Under the pieces are notes generated by a model, which did no database searches, was not told the DNA's origin, and was given only the letters and a program-made list of their open reading frames with translations. This document shows positions 27,191 to 36,220 of a DNA stretch of 56,727 nt, piece after piece (within the stretch, counting starts at the first letter, position 1; each line of letters opens with the position of its first letter). Source of the DNA: a virus (lineage: Duplodnaviria > Caudoviricetes); the IMG/VR virus record IMGVR_UViG_3300024518_000353, positions 1 through 56,727 of that record; one strand, given 5' to 3'. The translations under genes were made by a program, and so were the position numbers.

Positions 27191-30100
27191 TTTTATAATT
27201 GAAAAATTATTAACAACTAAATTTAAAGTTTGGTTACTGGATAAACTTGCATGTAATATTGCCAATCAAGGTGAAGATGGTGATACTGAACTTGCACATA
27301 TTAATTCATATGAAGCTAAACTATTAAAATCAGTTGGTGGTTCAGGTACTATCAATAAAACCACAGGTCTAAGACAGTATGGTTCAGGGGGTAGTAAAGG
27401 TGGTGGTGGAGGTGGTGGAACTACCACGCAAACTGTAACGAAGGAAGAGTTTCCTCCTGAGATACGTCCTTACATTACTGACATTCTTGAAAGAGCACAA
27501 GCTCAAGAAGAAGCAAGACAAACTGTTGGTTATCCAGTTTATCCAGGTCCACGTATTGCAGCTTTTACTCCTGAAGAACAAGCAGCTCAAGCAGGTGTAG
27601 TAAGTCTTGTAGGTTCTCAAATTCCAACATTTGATGTTGCTAGAGGTTTAACTGCTTCAGGTGCTGCTGAAGATACAGCAAGTGCAATACAGGAACGTAT
27701 GTCTCCTTATATGCAGAATGTTGTTGATATTCAAAAGAGAGAAGCACAAAGAGATGCAGACATGAGAAGACAGCAATTAGATGCACAGGCAGTAGGTGCT
27801 AGAGCATTTGGTGGTTCTCGTGATGCTTTAATGCAATCAGAACTTGACAGAACTTTACAACAACAACTTGGAGATATTCAAGCTACAGGACAACAAGCAG
27901 CATATCAACAAGCACAACAAGGTCTTGCTAATTTAAGACAAAGGCAAATGGCAGCAGGTCAACAGATGGCAGGATTAGGTGCTGCTCAACAAGCTGGAGC
28001 TATGAAGGAACTTGGAGCACTTTCAGGTATTGGTGAACAACAAAGACAACAACAACAAAAAGCATTAGACTTAGGATTCCAACAGTTTAGAGAAGAACAG
28101 ACTTATCCTGAAGCAAGTCTACAACAGTATCAATCTATCATTAGAGGTTTCCCAATCTCACCAACAACCACACAAACTCAACAAGCAATTTTACCACAAC
28201 CATCATTAAGTCAACAATTAATTGGTGGTGCTGGTGCTTTAGCAGGTCTAGGTATTGCAGGACAGATACCTAAGTTATTTAAAGAAGGTGGTAGTGCTAC
28301 TACACCTTTTATTGATTATAAACGTATAGCAGGTATGGGTAAAAATAATAATAATAAAATATCTAAAAAAGATAATAAAAAATATAAAGAATACACTCAA
28401 ATGTTAATGGGACTTATTGCAGATAAAGGTAAAGAACTTACAGGTATGGGGGACGTTAATACTAGCTATGATGGTGGTGTTGTTAAGATGGACAATGGTG
28501 GTTTACTTAAAAACCCACTTGATGAAACAACTATGTTTAATCCTACTTTTGGAGGACCTGTTAAAGTTCAAGGTACAGGTTTGCCAAGTTTAAAAGAATT
28601 ATTTACTAATCCAAAGTATTTTTCAAAAGATGATATTATAAAAGTAGATACACCTAATGGACCTCAATTTCTTATAAAAGATAGTACAACTGGAGGAACA
28701 AGACCATTAACTGAAATGGAACTTTCTAATTTAAGATACGAAGATAGAAGTATGCTTGGAAGAATGGGAGCTGAAGGAACACCTATTGGTGAAGGTTTAG
28801 ATTATATAAAACAAAAGGGAGAAGATATTAGTAAAGCTATTACACAGTCTGATTTAACAAAACAATTAACTAGCACTATAACAGATACTGCAAAAGGAAT
28901 AGGCTCTTTTTTAATACCTCCAAAAGGAACACTCCCTGGTGAAGCACAAAGTAAATATTTTGAGTCAGCAGGTACTTCAGTAGATAACATTCTTCAAAAA
29001 GCTAAAGATTCTATAAAAAGAAACAATGAAAAAGATGAAAGAAAAATGGAAGAAACTCATTTAAAAGCTGCTGAAGAAGGAGACCCAGGAGCTAGATTAT
29101 TAGTTACTAAAAGAAATGAAAAAGAATTAGAAGAATTATTTAAACAAAGGGATGCGTTAGGAGAACAAATAAAAAGTTCAGAAAATGAACCTCAAGTAAA
29201 TGTTTCTCAAAAAACACAAATGGATGTTTTAAATAATGCTATTGAAGAAAAACAAAAACTTATAAGTGAGTATTCTGATACTGCTTATAATCCTATTAAT
29301 AGAACAATATCTAACGTAACAGAAAGTATTAAGGATAAATTTGGTAAAGGTTTTGAAAAATTTAAAGAAATGGATGCAGAAAATTCTCAAAAACTTAAAG
29401 GCTACCTTGAGCAATTTTCTAACACTGGTACAGGCAAAGTTGAAGAAGAGATAAAAGAAGAAACAAAAGATGAAACTAAAACTAAACCAAAAGAAGATAC
29501 AGATAAAACTGAAACTGAAAATAAAATAGAAAATGAAAAAAAACAACAAGAAGAAAAAAATATAAAGACAGGAGTAAATCAATATATAGCTAGTGAAGTT
29601 GCTGACCCTAAAGCTGCAGAATCATTATCTACAGATATGAAGAAAGACCCAGATGCTATTAATGCATTAAGTATGTCAGAAAGATTTATTGACTTTTTAG
29701 ATAAACGAGATAAAGAATCTAAATCTGAATTTGATAAACGTAGAGGTTTTGCTATAGCTCAAATGGGTTTTGCAATAATGGGTGGTAAACGTATTGTTGA
29801 TGCAGCATCAGACCTTATGCCTACATTAAGTGATTTAGAAAAACAAAGACTTGAAGCTAAGAACCAAAGATTTTCAGATGAAATGGATATTGCAAAAATT
29901 CAACTAAAAGAAAAAGAACTCACATTAAAAGATAAAGAACTTAGTGGTAAAATTCCTTATTGGAAAGCATTAGCAGATAAATATGCAGAAGAAGGTATTG
30001 AAACAATGAGTTTAGAAGATATTGAAAAATTAATTCCTAGTTCATATATAGACCCAGAAGGTAATAAATATACTATTAAAGGTTCTGATGCACAGAATGT

Positions 30101-30257
30101 ACTTCGTAAAGCTTATGTATATAGCAGAGAAAAGAAATTAGGTCTTGACGAATCAATAACAAAAGCTATAAGTGATGTTGTGCCTAATATGGACCCTAAT
30201 TCAAGTTTTTGGGATGGTACTAAAAAATTATTTAAAAGTTTAGTTGGAAAAAAATAA
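27165..30257 (+). CDS. Internal virion/DNA-ejection protein
   Basis: GDTELAH motif, poly-Gly, Q/A-rich MSPYMQNVVD...AFGGSR region. Confidence 0.7.
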   Translation: MSYLNHISNFIIEKLLTTKFKVWLLDKLACNIANQGEDGDTELAHINSYEAKLLKSVGGSGTINKTTGLRQYGSGGSKGGGGGGGTTTQTVTKEEFPPEIRPYITDILERAQAQEEARQTVGYPVYPGPRIAAFTPEEQAAQAGVVSLVGSQIPTFDVARGLTASGAAEDTASAIQERMSPYMQNVVDIQKREAQRDADMRRQQLDAQAVGARAFGGSRDALMQSELDRTLQQQLGDIQATGQQAAYQQAQQGLANLRQRQMAAGQQMAGLGAAQQAGAMKELGALSGIGEQQRQQQQKALDLGFQQFREEQTYPEASLQQYQSIIRGFPISPTTTQTQQAILPQPSLSQQLIGGAGALAGLGIAGQIPKLFKEGGSATTPFIDYKRIAGMGKNNNNKISKKDNKKYKEYTQMLMGLIADKGKELTGMGDVNTSYDGGVVKMDNGGLLKNPLDETTMFNPTFGGPVKVQGTGLPSLKELFTNPKYFSKDDIIKVDTPNGPQFLIKDSTTGGTRPLTEMELSNLRYEDRSMLGRMGAEGTPIGEGLDYIKQKGEDISKAITQSDLTKQLTSTITDTAKGIGSFLIPPKGTLPGEAQSKYFESAGTSVDNILQKAKDSIKRNNEKDERKMEETHLKAAEEGDPGARLLVTKRNEKELEELFKQRDALGEQIKSSENEPQVNVSQKTQMDVLNNAIEEKQKLISEYSDTAYNPINRTISNVTESIKDKFGKGFEKFKEMDAENSQKLKGYLEQFSNTGTGKVEEEIKEETKDETKTKPKEDTDKTETENKIENEKKQQEEKNIKTGVNQYIASEVADPKAAESLSTDMKKDPDAINALSMSERFIDFLDKRDKESKSEFDKRRGFAIAQMGFAIMGGKRIVDAASDLMPTLSDLEKQRLEAKNQRFSDEMDIAKIQLKEKELTLKDKELSGKIPYWKALADKYAEEGIETMSLEDIEKLIPSSYIDPEGNKYTIKGSDAQNVLRKAYVYSREKKLGLDESITKAISDVVPNMDPNSSFWDGTKKLFKSLVGKK

Positions 30258-33200
30258 ATGACTAATCAGAATTATAGTCTAAATGATTTAATTAGTTTTG
30301 AATTACAAAGAGACCCTGAATACATTGAAAAATTAAAAAAACAAAAAGAGGAAAAAGTAAACTCTTTTAGTTCGCAAGTACAAAGAAGTATAGCAGGAAC
30401 TAAAAAAGCAATGTATGATGGTCTAACTGCTGTAGGAACTGCAGTTGAACAAAAGACTGGTGAAGATTCTACAGTCACAGACTTTCTTCAAGATGTAGGT
30501 AAACGTAATTCTACACGACAACAAAAAGTCCTAGAATCACTAGGCTCTCCCACAGAAACAACTGACTTTTGGAAAATAAAATCAATTGGTGATGCCAAAG
30601 AATTTGGTAAACAAGCAGCAGGAAGTGTTACTGGTTCTTTAGGTGTTCAATTAGGTTTAGGTACAGCAGCTAGGGTTGGTCTTAAGTTAGCAGGTTTTCA
30701 TCCTGCAGGTAGGGTTGGTAGATTCTTATTTAGTATGTTACCAGTTAGTCCTTTATTTGCTCAAGGTATTGGTTCAGTTTATAGGTCAGCTATAGAAAAA
30801 GGAGCTTCAGATGAAGAAGCTGCAGAGAAATCTTTACTAGCAGGTGTAGCTAATGGTTTAATTGATACAGTTTTTGTAGGTAAAATATTAAGTAAAATAT
30901 ATAACCCAGTAAAAGCTTCAGCAAAAACTGCTGAACTAACTAAGAGAAGTTTAGTGGGTGCAATGGCAAGTGACTCAGTTAAACTTGCAACAACTGGTGC
31001 AATTACTGAAGGTTTGGTCGCAGCAAATACAGAAATAGCTTCAGATAAAATAGCAGGTAGAGAAACAGATATAAAAGAAGTAGGTAAACGAGCTATTAAT
31101 GATGCAGTTGTAGGTACTATAGGTGGTGGTGCTATAGGTCCAGTAACAGGTACTTTATCTAAACTTCAAACAGATGCTTTAATTGAACAAAATAAAGAGT
31201 CTGATGAGTTTATAAAATTATCTGAACAAATAGAAAAAGAAGATTCTTATAATTCTAGTGTTGTTAAAAGAAGTACAGCAACTATTGAACGTCTTGAAAA
31301 AATAATTGAAAATATAGATAAAAAAGCTGATAGATTAAATACAAAAATTAGTGGTAATAAATATTTTGATACTGCTAATGAATCTTTAAATAAATTAAAA
31401 GAAAGAGAAGCTAAAATTCTTGATGAGTATAAAGCTTCAAGAGATAATGCTTTACCTAACGAATCAAAGGCAAAAAGAATTGAATTAAAAAAGATACAAG
31501 ACGAAATAAAAAAGTTTAATATAGATAGGCAGCAAGAACTAAGATATTCTAAAAAAGCTGGAGAGATGAAAGCAAATATTCAAAAAAGAATTAATACGGA
31601 AAAAGAAAAACTTCTTGACGCAAAATCTAAAGGACAAAACAAAGGGAATATTTTTATAACTCCACAAATGTTAAGTGGTGCAAACCCTACAGGAATACGT
31701 GGACTAATATCCAAACTATATGATGGTAGTATGGTTCAAAAATTATTAGGTAGAGCAACATCTCCTATTAGAAGAGCAGCTATTAGAAATTATAGAGAAT
31801 ATGGCGATACAAGTATGTTTAGAATTTATAATAATTTTGAAGGATTCTATCCTGAAACTCAAGCTAGAGCAGGTTCATATCTTTCACCAATACTTGAAGC
31901 TGTTACAGAAGGTGGTCCTATAGCAAGGACAGGTGTTAGAGATGTTCTTAATCTTGCAACTACAGGTCTTGTTAAACAAAGTTCTATTATATCTACAAAA
32001 GACCAAAAACTTTTAACTGAAGCATTAATGAATGATAAAGGTTATATGTTAAGAAAGTATGGTGATACTAGAAAAGCTAGAAGATTTGAAGAGATGCGTA
32101 GTAAAATAAGACCAATACTTGATTTAGCTAAAAAAGATGCTGATGCTGCAGGTATAGGAGATGGTTCTTATGTTAAAAATTATATACCTTACAAACATAA
32201 TGTAACAGATAAGACTAAAGATAAATGGTTAGAGATTGCACGTAAACATAAGATTAAAGAAAATGAAGCTCAAGGTATAGTTGAAAGTATTATAAATGGA
32301 GGTGGTTTTTATTTTAATGTTTTAAGACCAAAGAAAAAACAAATTCCTGGTAGAGTAGTAAATGTAAATTTAGAAACAAGAAGAAAACTTCCTAAAGAAA
32401 TGATAGCTGATTTAAAAGCTGAAGGTTTAATTGATGATAATTTTCTTGAGATGATACCTTCATATATTATGAAACTATCTAAAGCTATTGAATATGAAAA
32501 TAGATTTAAAGGTATTGATAGACTTGTAGAAAATCTTAAAACTCAAAACAGAATAACAGACAATGAGTTTAATACTATAGGTAATACTTTAGATGCTATA
32601 CAAGGAAAATATGGCACTCAAATACCTAGAGGGTGGGGTGGTCAGACTCCTTATAGATGGGCAATGTCTCTTGCCTATATGGCAACATTACCTTTAGCAG
32701 CTTTAACTGCATTAAGTGAGCCACTAATATTGTTATCTCGTGCTAAACCTGGGTCAGCTTTAGTCTCTGCAATTAAACTACCCATCAATGCTTTTATGAG
32801 AACTGCTAGAATATTTTTACCAAGAATTAAAAAGAGTCCTACTGAAAAAGCTTTTCAAGAAATTATGTATGGTTTAGATGGTTCATTAACTGAACGACTT
32901 AACTCATCATCTACAATTGAAACACCTAGAAGAATGACTGATGCTTTTTTTAAAGCTACTATGTTAACTCAAGTTACTCAACTGTCAAGACAAATGGCTT
33001 TTAATACTTTTAAGAATGAATTAAAAACTGATATGAGTTCAATTGTTAAAGGAAATCTTCAGGGAACTGTTAGAGGTTTAGAACTTACAAGAAAATATCA
33101 AGAGGTAGGAATACCTAACATATTTAAATTAGTTAATGATATACAAGGTAAACCATTCAATAAAGTATTTACAGAAAGTTCTATAATTAAAGCTGCTTCT

Positions 33201-33881
33201 TTAAAATATGTTGACGATTTTATTATGACACCTAATCCTACAAACAGACCATTATGGATGTCAAGTCCTGCACTTGCTGCAGCAGCACAGTTAAAAAGTT
33301 TTTCTTTTGTATTTGGTAATACTGTAGGTTTTAGACTTCTTAAAAATTTAATAGGTTCAAACAGAACTCCTACTCAAAGAATAAATACTTTATTTAGATA
33401 TGGTGTAGCATTATCAATGATTATCTTGGTTGCTATGTTTACTGATTTAACAAAAGAAATGTTTAAAACTGCAGGTTCAGATGAGCCTGTAAAAGATTTA
33501 GATGACCTTATAAAAAAGAAAAAAGAATTAAATCAAAATTATTTATTTGATGTTATAGCAGGAACAAATATATTTGGTGGTATGACATCTTTACAACAAG
33601 CACTTAATTCTGCACGTTATGGTTCAAGTCCATTGTTAGGAATACTTGCTGGTCCAGTTGGAACTAAGGCAGATGCTTTTATTAAAGCAGTAAGCAATAG
33701 ATTTTATGCCTCAGATAAAACTAAAGCTGATAAAAGAATAGTAAGAGAATTATTAAGAACTCATCCTGTATTTGCAGTTAATAAAGCAGCAAGAGATAAT
33801 GCTATTAATTTAATTATAGGAGAGGACGATAATTTTAATAGTTATGAAGATTTTAATAAAGAATTTGATTTAGGTTTTTAG
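30258..33881 (+). CDS. Large internal virion protein
   Basis: 1207 aa, helical, hydrophobic segments, QLKSFSF motif; last gene of the ejection block. Confidence 0.65.
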   Translation: MTNQNYSLNDLISFELQRDPEYIEKLKKQKEEKVNSFSSQVQRSIAGTKKAMYDGLTAVGTAVEQKTGEDSTVTDFLQDVGKRNSTRQQKVLESLGSPTETTDFWKIKSIGDAKEFGKQAAGSVTGSLGVQLGLGTAARVGLKLAGFHPAGRVGRFLFSMLPVSPLFAQGIGSVYRSAIEKGASDEEAAEKSLLAGVANGLIDTVFVGKILSKIYNPVKASAKTAELTKRSLVGAMASDSVKLATTGAITEGLVAANTEIASDKIAGRETDIKEVGKRAINDAVVGTIGGGAIGPVTGTLSKLQTDALIEQNKESDEFIKLSEQIEKEDSYNSSVVKRSTATIERLEKIIENIDKKADRLNTKISGNKYFDTANESLNKLKEREAKILDEYKASRDNALPNESKAKRIELKKIQDEIKKFNIDRQQELRYSKKAGEMKANIQKRINTEKEKLLDAKSKGQNKGNIFITPQMLSGANPTGIRGLISKLYDGSMVQKLLGRATSPIRRAAIRNYREYGDTSMFRIYNNFEGFYPETQARAGSYLSPILEAVTEGGPIARTGVRDVLNLATTGLVKQSSIISTKDQKLLTEALMNDKGYMLRKYGDTRKARRFEEMRSKIRPILDLAKKDADAAGIGDGSYVKNYIPYKHNVTDKTKDKWLEIARKHKIKENEAQGIVESIINGGGFYFNVLRPKKKQIPGRVVNVNLETRRKLPKEMIADLKAEGLIDDNFLEMIPSYIMKLSKAIEYENRFKGIDRLVENLKTQNRITDNEFNTIGNTLDAIQGKYGTQIPRGWGGQTPYRWAMSLAYMATLPLAALTALSEPLILLSRAKPGSALVSAIKLPINAFMRTARIFLPRIKKSPTEKAFQEIMYGLDGSLTERLNSSSTIETPRRMTDAFFKATMLTQVTQLSRQMAFNTFKNELKTDMSSIVKGNLQGTVRGLELTRKYQEVGIPNIFKLVNDIQGKPFNKVFTESSIIKAASLKYVDDFIMTPNPTNRPLWMSSPALAAAAQLKSFSFVFGNTVGFRLLKNLIGSNRTPTQRINTLFRYGVALSMIILVAMFTDLTKEMFKTAGSDEPVKDLDDLIKKKKELNQNYLFDVIAGTNIFGGMTSLQQALNSARYGSSPLLGILAGPVGTKADAFIKAVSNRFYASDKTKADKRIVRELLRTHPVFAVNKAARDNAINLIIGEDDNFNSYEDFNKEFDLGF

Positions 33882-33896
33882 AAAAGGAATTATATT

Positions 33897-34130
33897 ATGA
33901 ACAGTAAGAACTCATTGGAAGCTAGAATAGCTGCACTAGAAGCAAGGAATGAAGAACAACATAAGGAAGTATCACGCAAACTTGAAGTTGCTTTTGATTT
34001 AATTACAAGACAGACTGAACTTATTAATGGACTACGCACAGATATTGCAAGGGGTTCAGGTGGTATTAAGATGTTAGTAATTGTGGGAACTGCATTAGGT
34101 TTAATTTATACATGGATTAAAATGATATGA
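33897..34130 (+). CDS. Coiled-coil protein with C-terminal transmembrane helix
   Basis: LEARIAALE heptads plus a hydrophobic tail. Confidence 0.65.
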   Translation: MNSKNSLEARIAALEARNEEQHKEVSRKLEVAFDLITRQTELINGLRTDIARGSGGIKMLVIVGTALGLIYTWIKMI

Positions 34131-34339
34131 TGTGGTGGGAAAAACTTAAAAAGAAATTTTCAGATGCAGATAATGTTATTGACTTTAGTGTTGATGTACT
34201 TATTATAATGTTTGATGTTCTAACTACACCACTTCTTATACCTATTAGAATAGGCAGGTATTATATCAAAGGATTTTTTAAAGCAATATGTAAAAGATTC
34301 TTAAAGAAAACTTATCATAGGTTGTATGATAAAGAATGA
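34127..34339 (+). CDS. Hypothetical membrane-associated protein
   Basis: ATGA-coupled on both sides. Confidence 0.6.
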   Translation: MMWWEKLKKKFSDADNVIDFSVDVLIIMFDVLTTPLLIPIRIGRYYIKGFFKAICKRFLKKTYHRLYDKE

Positions 34340-34659
34340 CGTTAGTAAACTTAACAGATAAAGCAAAAGAACATCTAAAGAATCTTGCTAAAGACCACGA
34401 TAAAAAATATGTTCGTTTAGAAGTTAAAGGTGGTGGTTGTGCAGGTTTTAAATATGACTGGTCATTTGATAACTATATACAGGACAGTGATGATTTCCTA
34501 GAGTTAGATGGCTTTACATTATTAATAGATAAATCTAGTTTATTTTATTTAATGGGAATGACTATTGAATATAAGAAAGAAATATTTGGTAGCTTCTTAG
34601 AACTAAAGAATCCTAATGCAACAAGTAGTTGTGGTTGTGGAGAAAGTTTTGGAGTATGA
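34336..34659 (+). CDS. iscA: A-type Fe-S cluster carrier (IscA/ErpA/HesB family)
   Basis: GGGCAGFKY and NPNATSSCGCGESF signatures. Confidence 0.95.
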   Translation: MTLVNLTDKAKEHLKNLAKDHDKKYVRLEVKGGGCAGFKYDWSFDNYIQDSDDFLELDGFTLLIDKSSLFYLMGMTIEYKKEIFGSFLELKNPNATSSCGCGESFGV

Positions 34660-35051
34660 CATATAGTAAAGAATTATTAGACCATTATGAGAATCCTAAA
34701 AATGTAGGGTCAATGAATAAAGAAGATAAAGATGTAGGTACAGGTCTTGTTGGTGCACCAGCTTGTGGTGACGTTATGAAACTACAGATTAAAGTAAGTG
34801 ATGATTCAATAATTGAAGATGCTAAATTTAAGACATTTGGTTGTGGGTCTGCCATTGCTTCAAGTTCACTAATTACAGAGTGGGTAAAAGGTAAAAGCAT
34901 TGATGAAGCTGATTCAATTAAAAATACTGAAATAGCTAACCATCTCGCATTACCACCAGTTAAGATTCATTGTTCTATTTTAGCTGAAGATGCAATCAAG
35001 GCAGCAATTGCAGATTATAAAAAGAAAAATGAAAGTAAAACATTACTTTAG
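34656..35051 (+). CDS. iscU: Fe-S cluster scaffold IscU
   Basis: DHYENPKNVG, APACGDVM, FGCGSAIAS and LPPVKIHCS; ATG 34656 overlaps the iscA stop (ATGA). Confidence 0.95.
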   Translation: MTYSKELLDHYENPKNVGSMNKEDKDVGTGLVGAPACGDVMKLQIKVSDDSIIEDAKFKTFGCGSAIASSSLITEWVKGKSIDEADSIKNTEIANHLALPPVKIHCSILAEDAIKAAIADYKKKNESKTLL

Positions 35052-35173
35052 AATTATAATATTATTATTAGTTATTGAGATAATATCTCATATAGCAAAT
35101 TTAATTTTTGAGATGGAAGCATATTATAATTTAACTGGTTTATTATACTGATAGCCAACTGTGAAAATTGGAC

Positions 35174-35214
35174 AAAAAAATACCCCTAGTTATTAAGTTA
35201 GCTAGGGGTTTTTT
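35174..35214. terminator. Bidirectional terminator where the two arms converge
   Basis: A7-TA-CCCCTAG...CTAGGGG-T6. Confidence 0.85.
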
Positions 35215-35232
35215 ATTTAATGATTGTTCTAA

Positions 35233-35604
35233 TTATTTTTCTTTCCAAGTTTTAATACCTTTTTCAGCACCTCTACTTATAATGTAACCACCAATACCAA
35301 TTTGTAATAAGTCAAATAGTTTCATGATTACTTGGTCAGATAAATTTTCTGGATGTATTCCAAACCAATACATAAATAAAAGCATCAAGAAAGATAGCAT
35401 TGTTAATGGTCTCCAGTTACGTTGTAACCATCCTTCACCTTTGGCTTCAGCAACGACAACAGATGCAGCAGCTTTTTCTATATCTGCTGAATGTGTTACG
35501 AGTGCTTTGTTTAGTTCTGTCTGTGCTTTTTGTTGTGCAGCTTTATCAGGTATAACTCTGTCAATTACTTTACCTAGTATAGGTGCAATTAGATTTAACA
35601 ACAT
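35233..35604 (-). CDS. Holin (GTA-type 3TM family)
   Basis: IDRVIPD...AEA..WLQRNWRP plus transmembrane segments. Confidence 0.75.
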   Translation of the reverse strand: MLLNLIAPILGKVIDRVIPDKAAQQKAQTELNKALVTHSADIEKAAASVVVAEAKGEGWLQRNWRPLTMLSFLMLLFMYWFGIHPENLSDQVIMKLFDLLQIGIGGYIISRGAEKGIKTWKEK

Positions 35605-35644
35605 AATCTTTCTCCATTTTAAAGTTATTATAACATATTAATAT

Positions 35645-36220
35645 TTAAAAGAAAAGAGTAATTTTATTATTCTCTGGATTAATTTTACCCTTACCTTCTA
35701 AACAAATTAGTTTATTATCTAAGTTTAATTTAAAATATTGTTTATGAAAAGGTTTAACATGGAAATAAAAACTACCTACATATAGTGGTAAGTATTCTTT
35801 CTTATTACCAAATCTAGTTATATAAAATAATCCTGAACTTGCATTACCTATATGGATAGGTATTGTAAAATAAAAATCTGCATTATGTCCTAGATTAAAA
35901 TATGTTCCATCATTCTCAATGATTTCAAATCCTGGAATTGAATAGGAATTATCTTCAATTTCCTCAACATATATATTATTTAACATCTTTCTTATCTTAT
36001 AGAATAAGGAAGGAAACTTTTCAAAAAGAACAGGATTATTATTTAAACATTTTTGTTTATAACTTTTGTCATTATCTATAAGTTCTTTAGCTGAACCTAA
36101 AGATAATCTATTATTATATTTATTCCATGACTCTTCCAGTTCAAGAACAGACTGATGAATCGTATGACACGAAGTCTCATTTAAAAAATTTCTAACTGTT
36201 ATAGCTGATAGTATCTTCAT
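35645..36220 (-). CDS. Divergent 2OG-Fe(II) oxygenase-like/DSBH protein
   Basis: NFL N-terminus, PGF..., FTIPI...SSGL pattern; metal ligands look degenerate (HNAD). Confidence 0.4.
   Translation of the reverse strand: MKILSAITVRNFLNETSCHTIHQSVLELEESWNKYNNRLSLGSAKELIDNDKSYKQKCLNNNPVLFEKFPSLFYKIRKMLNNIYVEEIEDNSYSIPGFEIIENDGTYFNLGHNADFYFTIPIHIGNASSGLFYITRFGNKKEYLPLYVGSFYFHVKPFHKQYFKLNLDNKLICLEGKGKINPENNKITLFF

Noticed and set aside
34629-34655. MWLWRKFWS extension on IscU
   Set aside because: Overlaps the conserved iscA C-terminus; family similarity starts at MTYS (34656)
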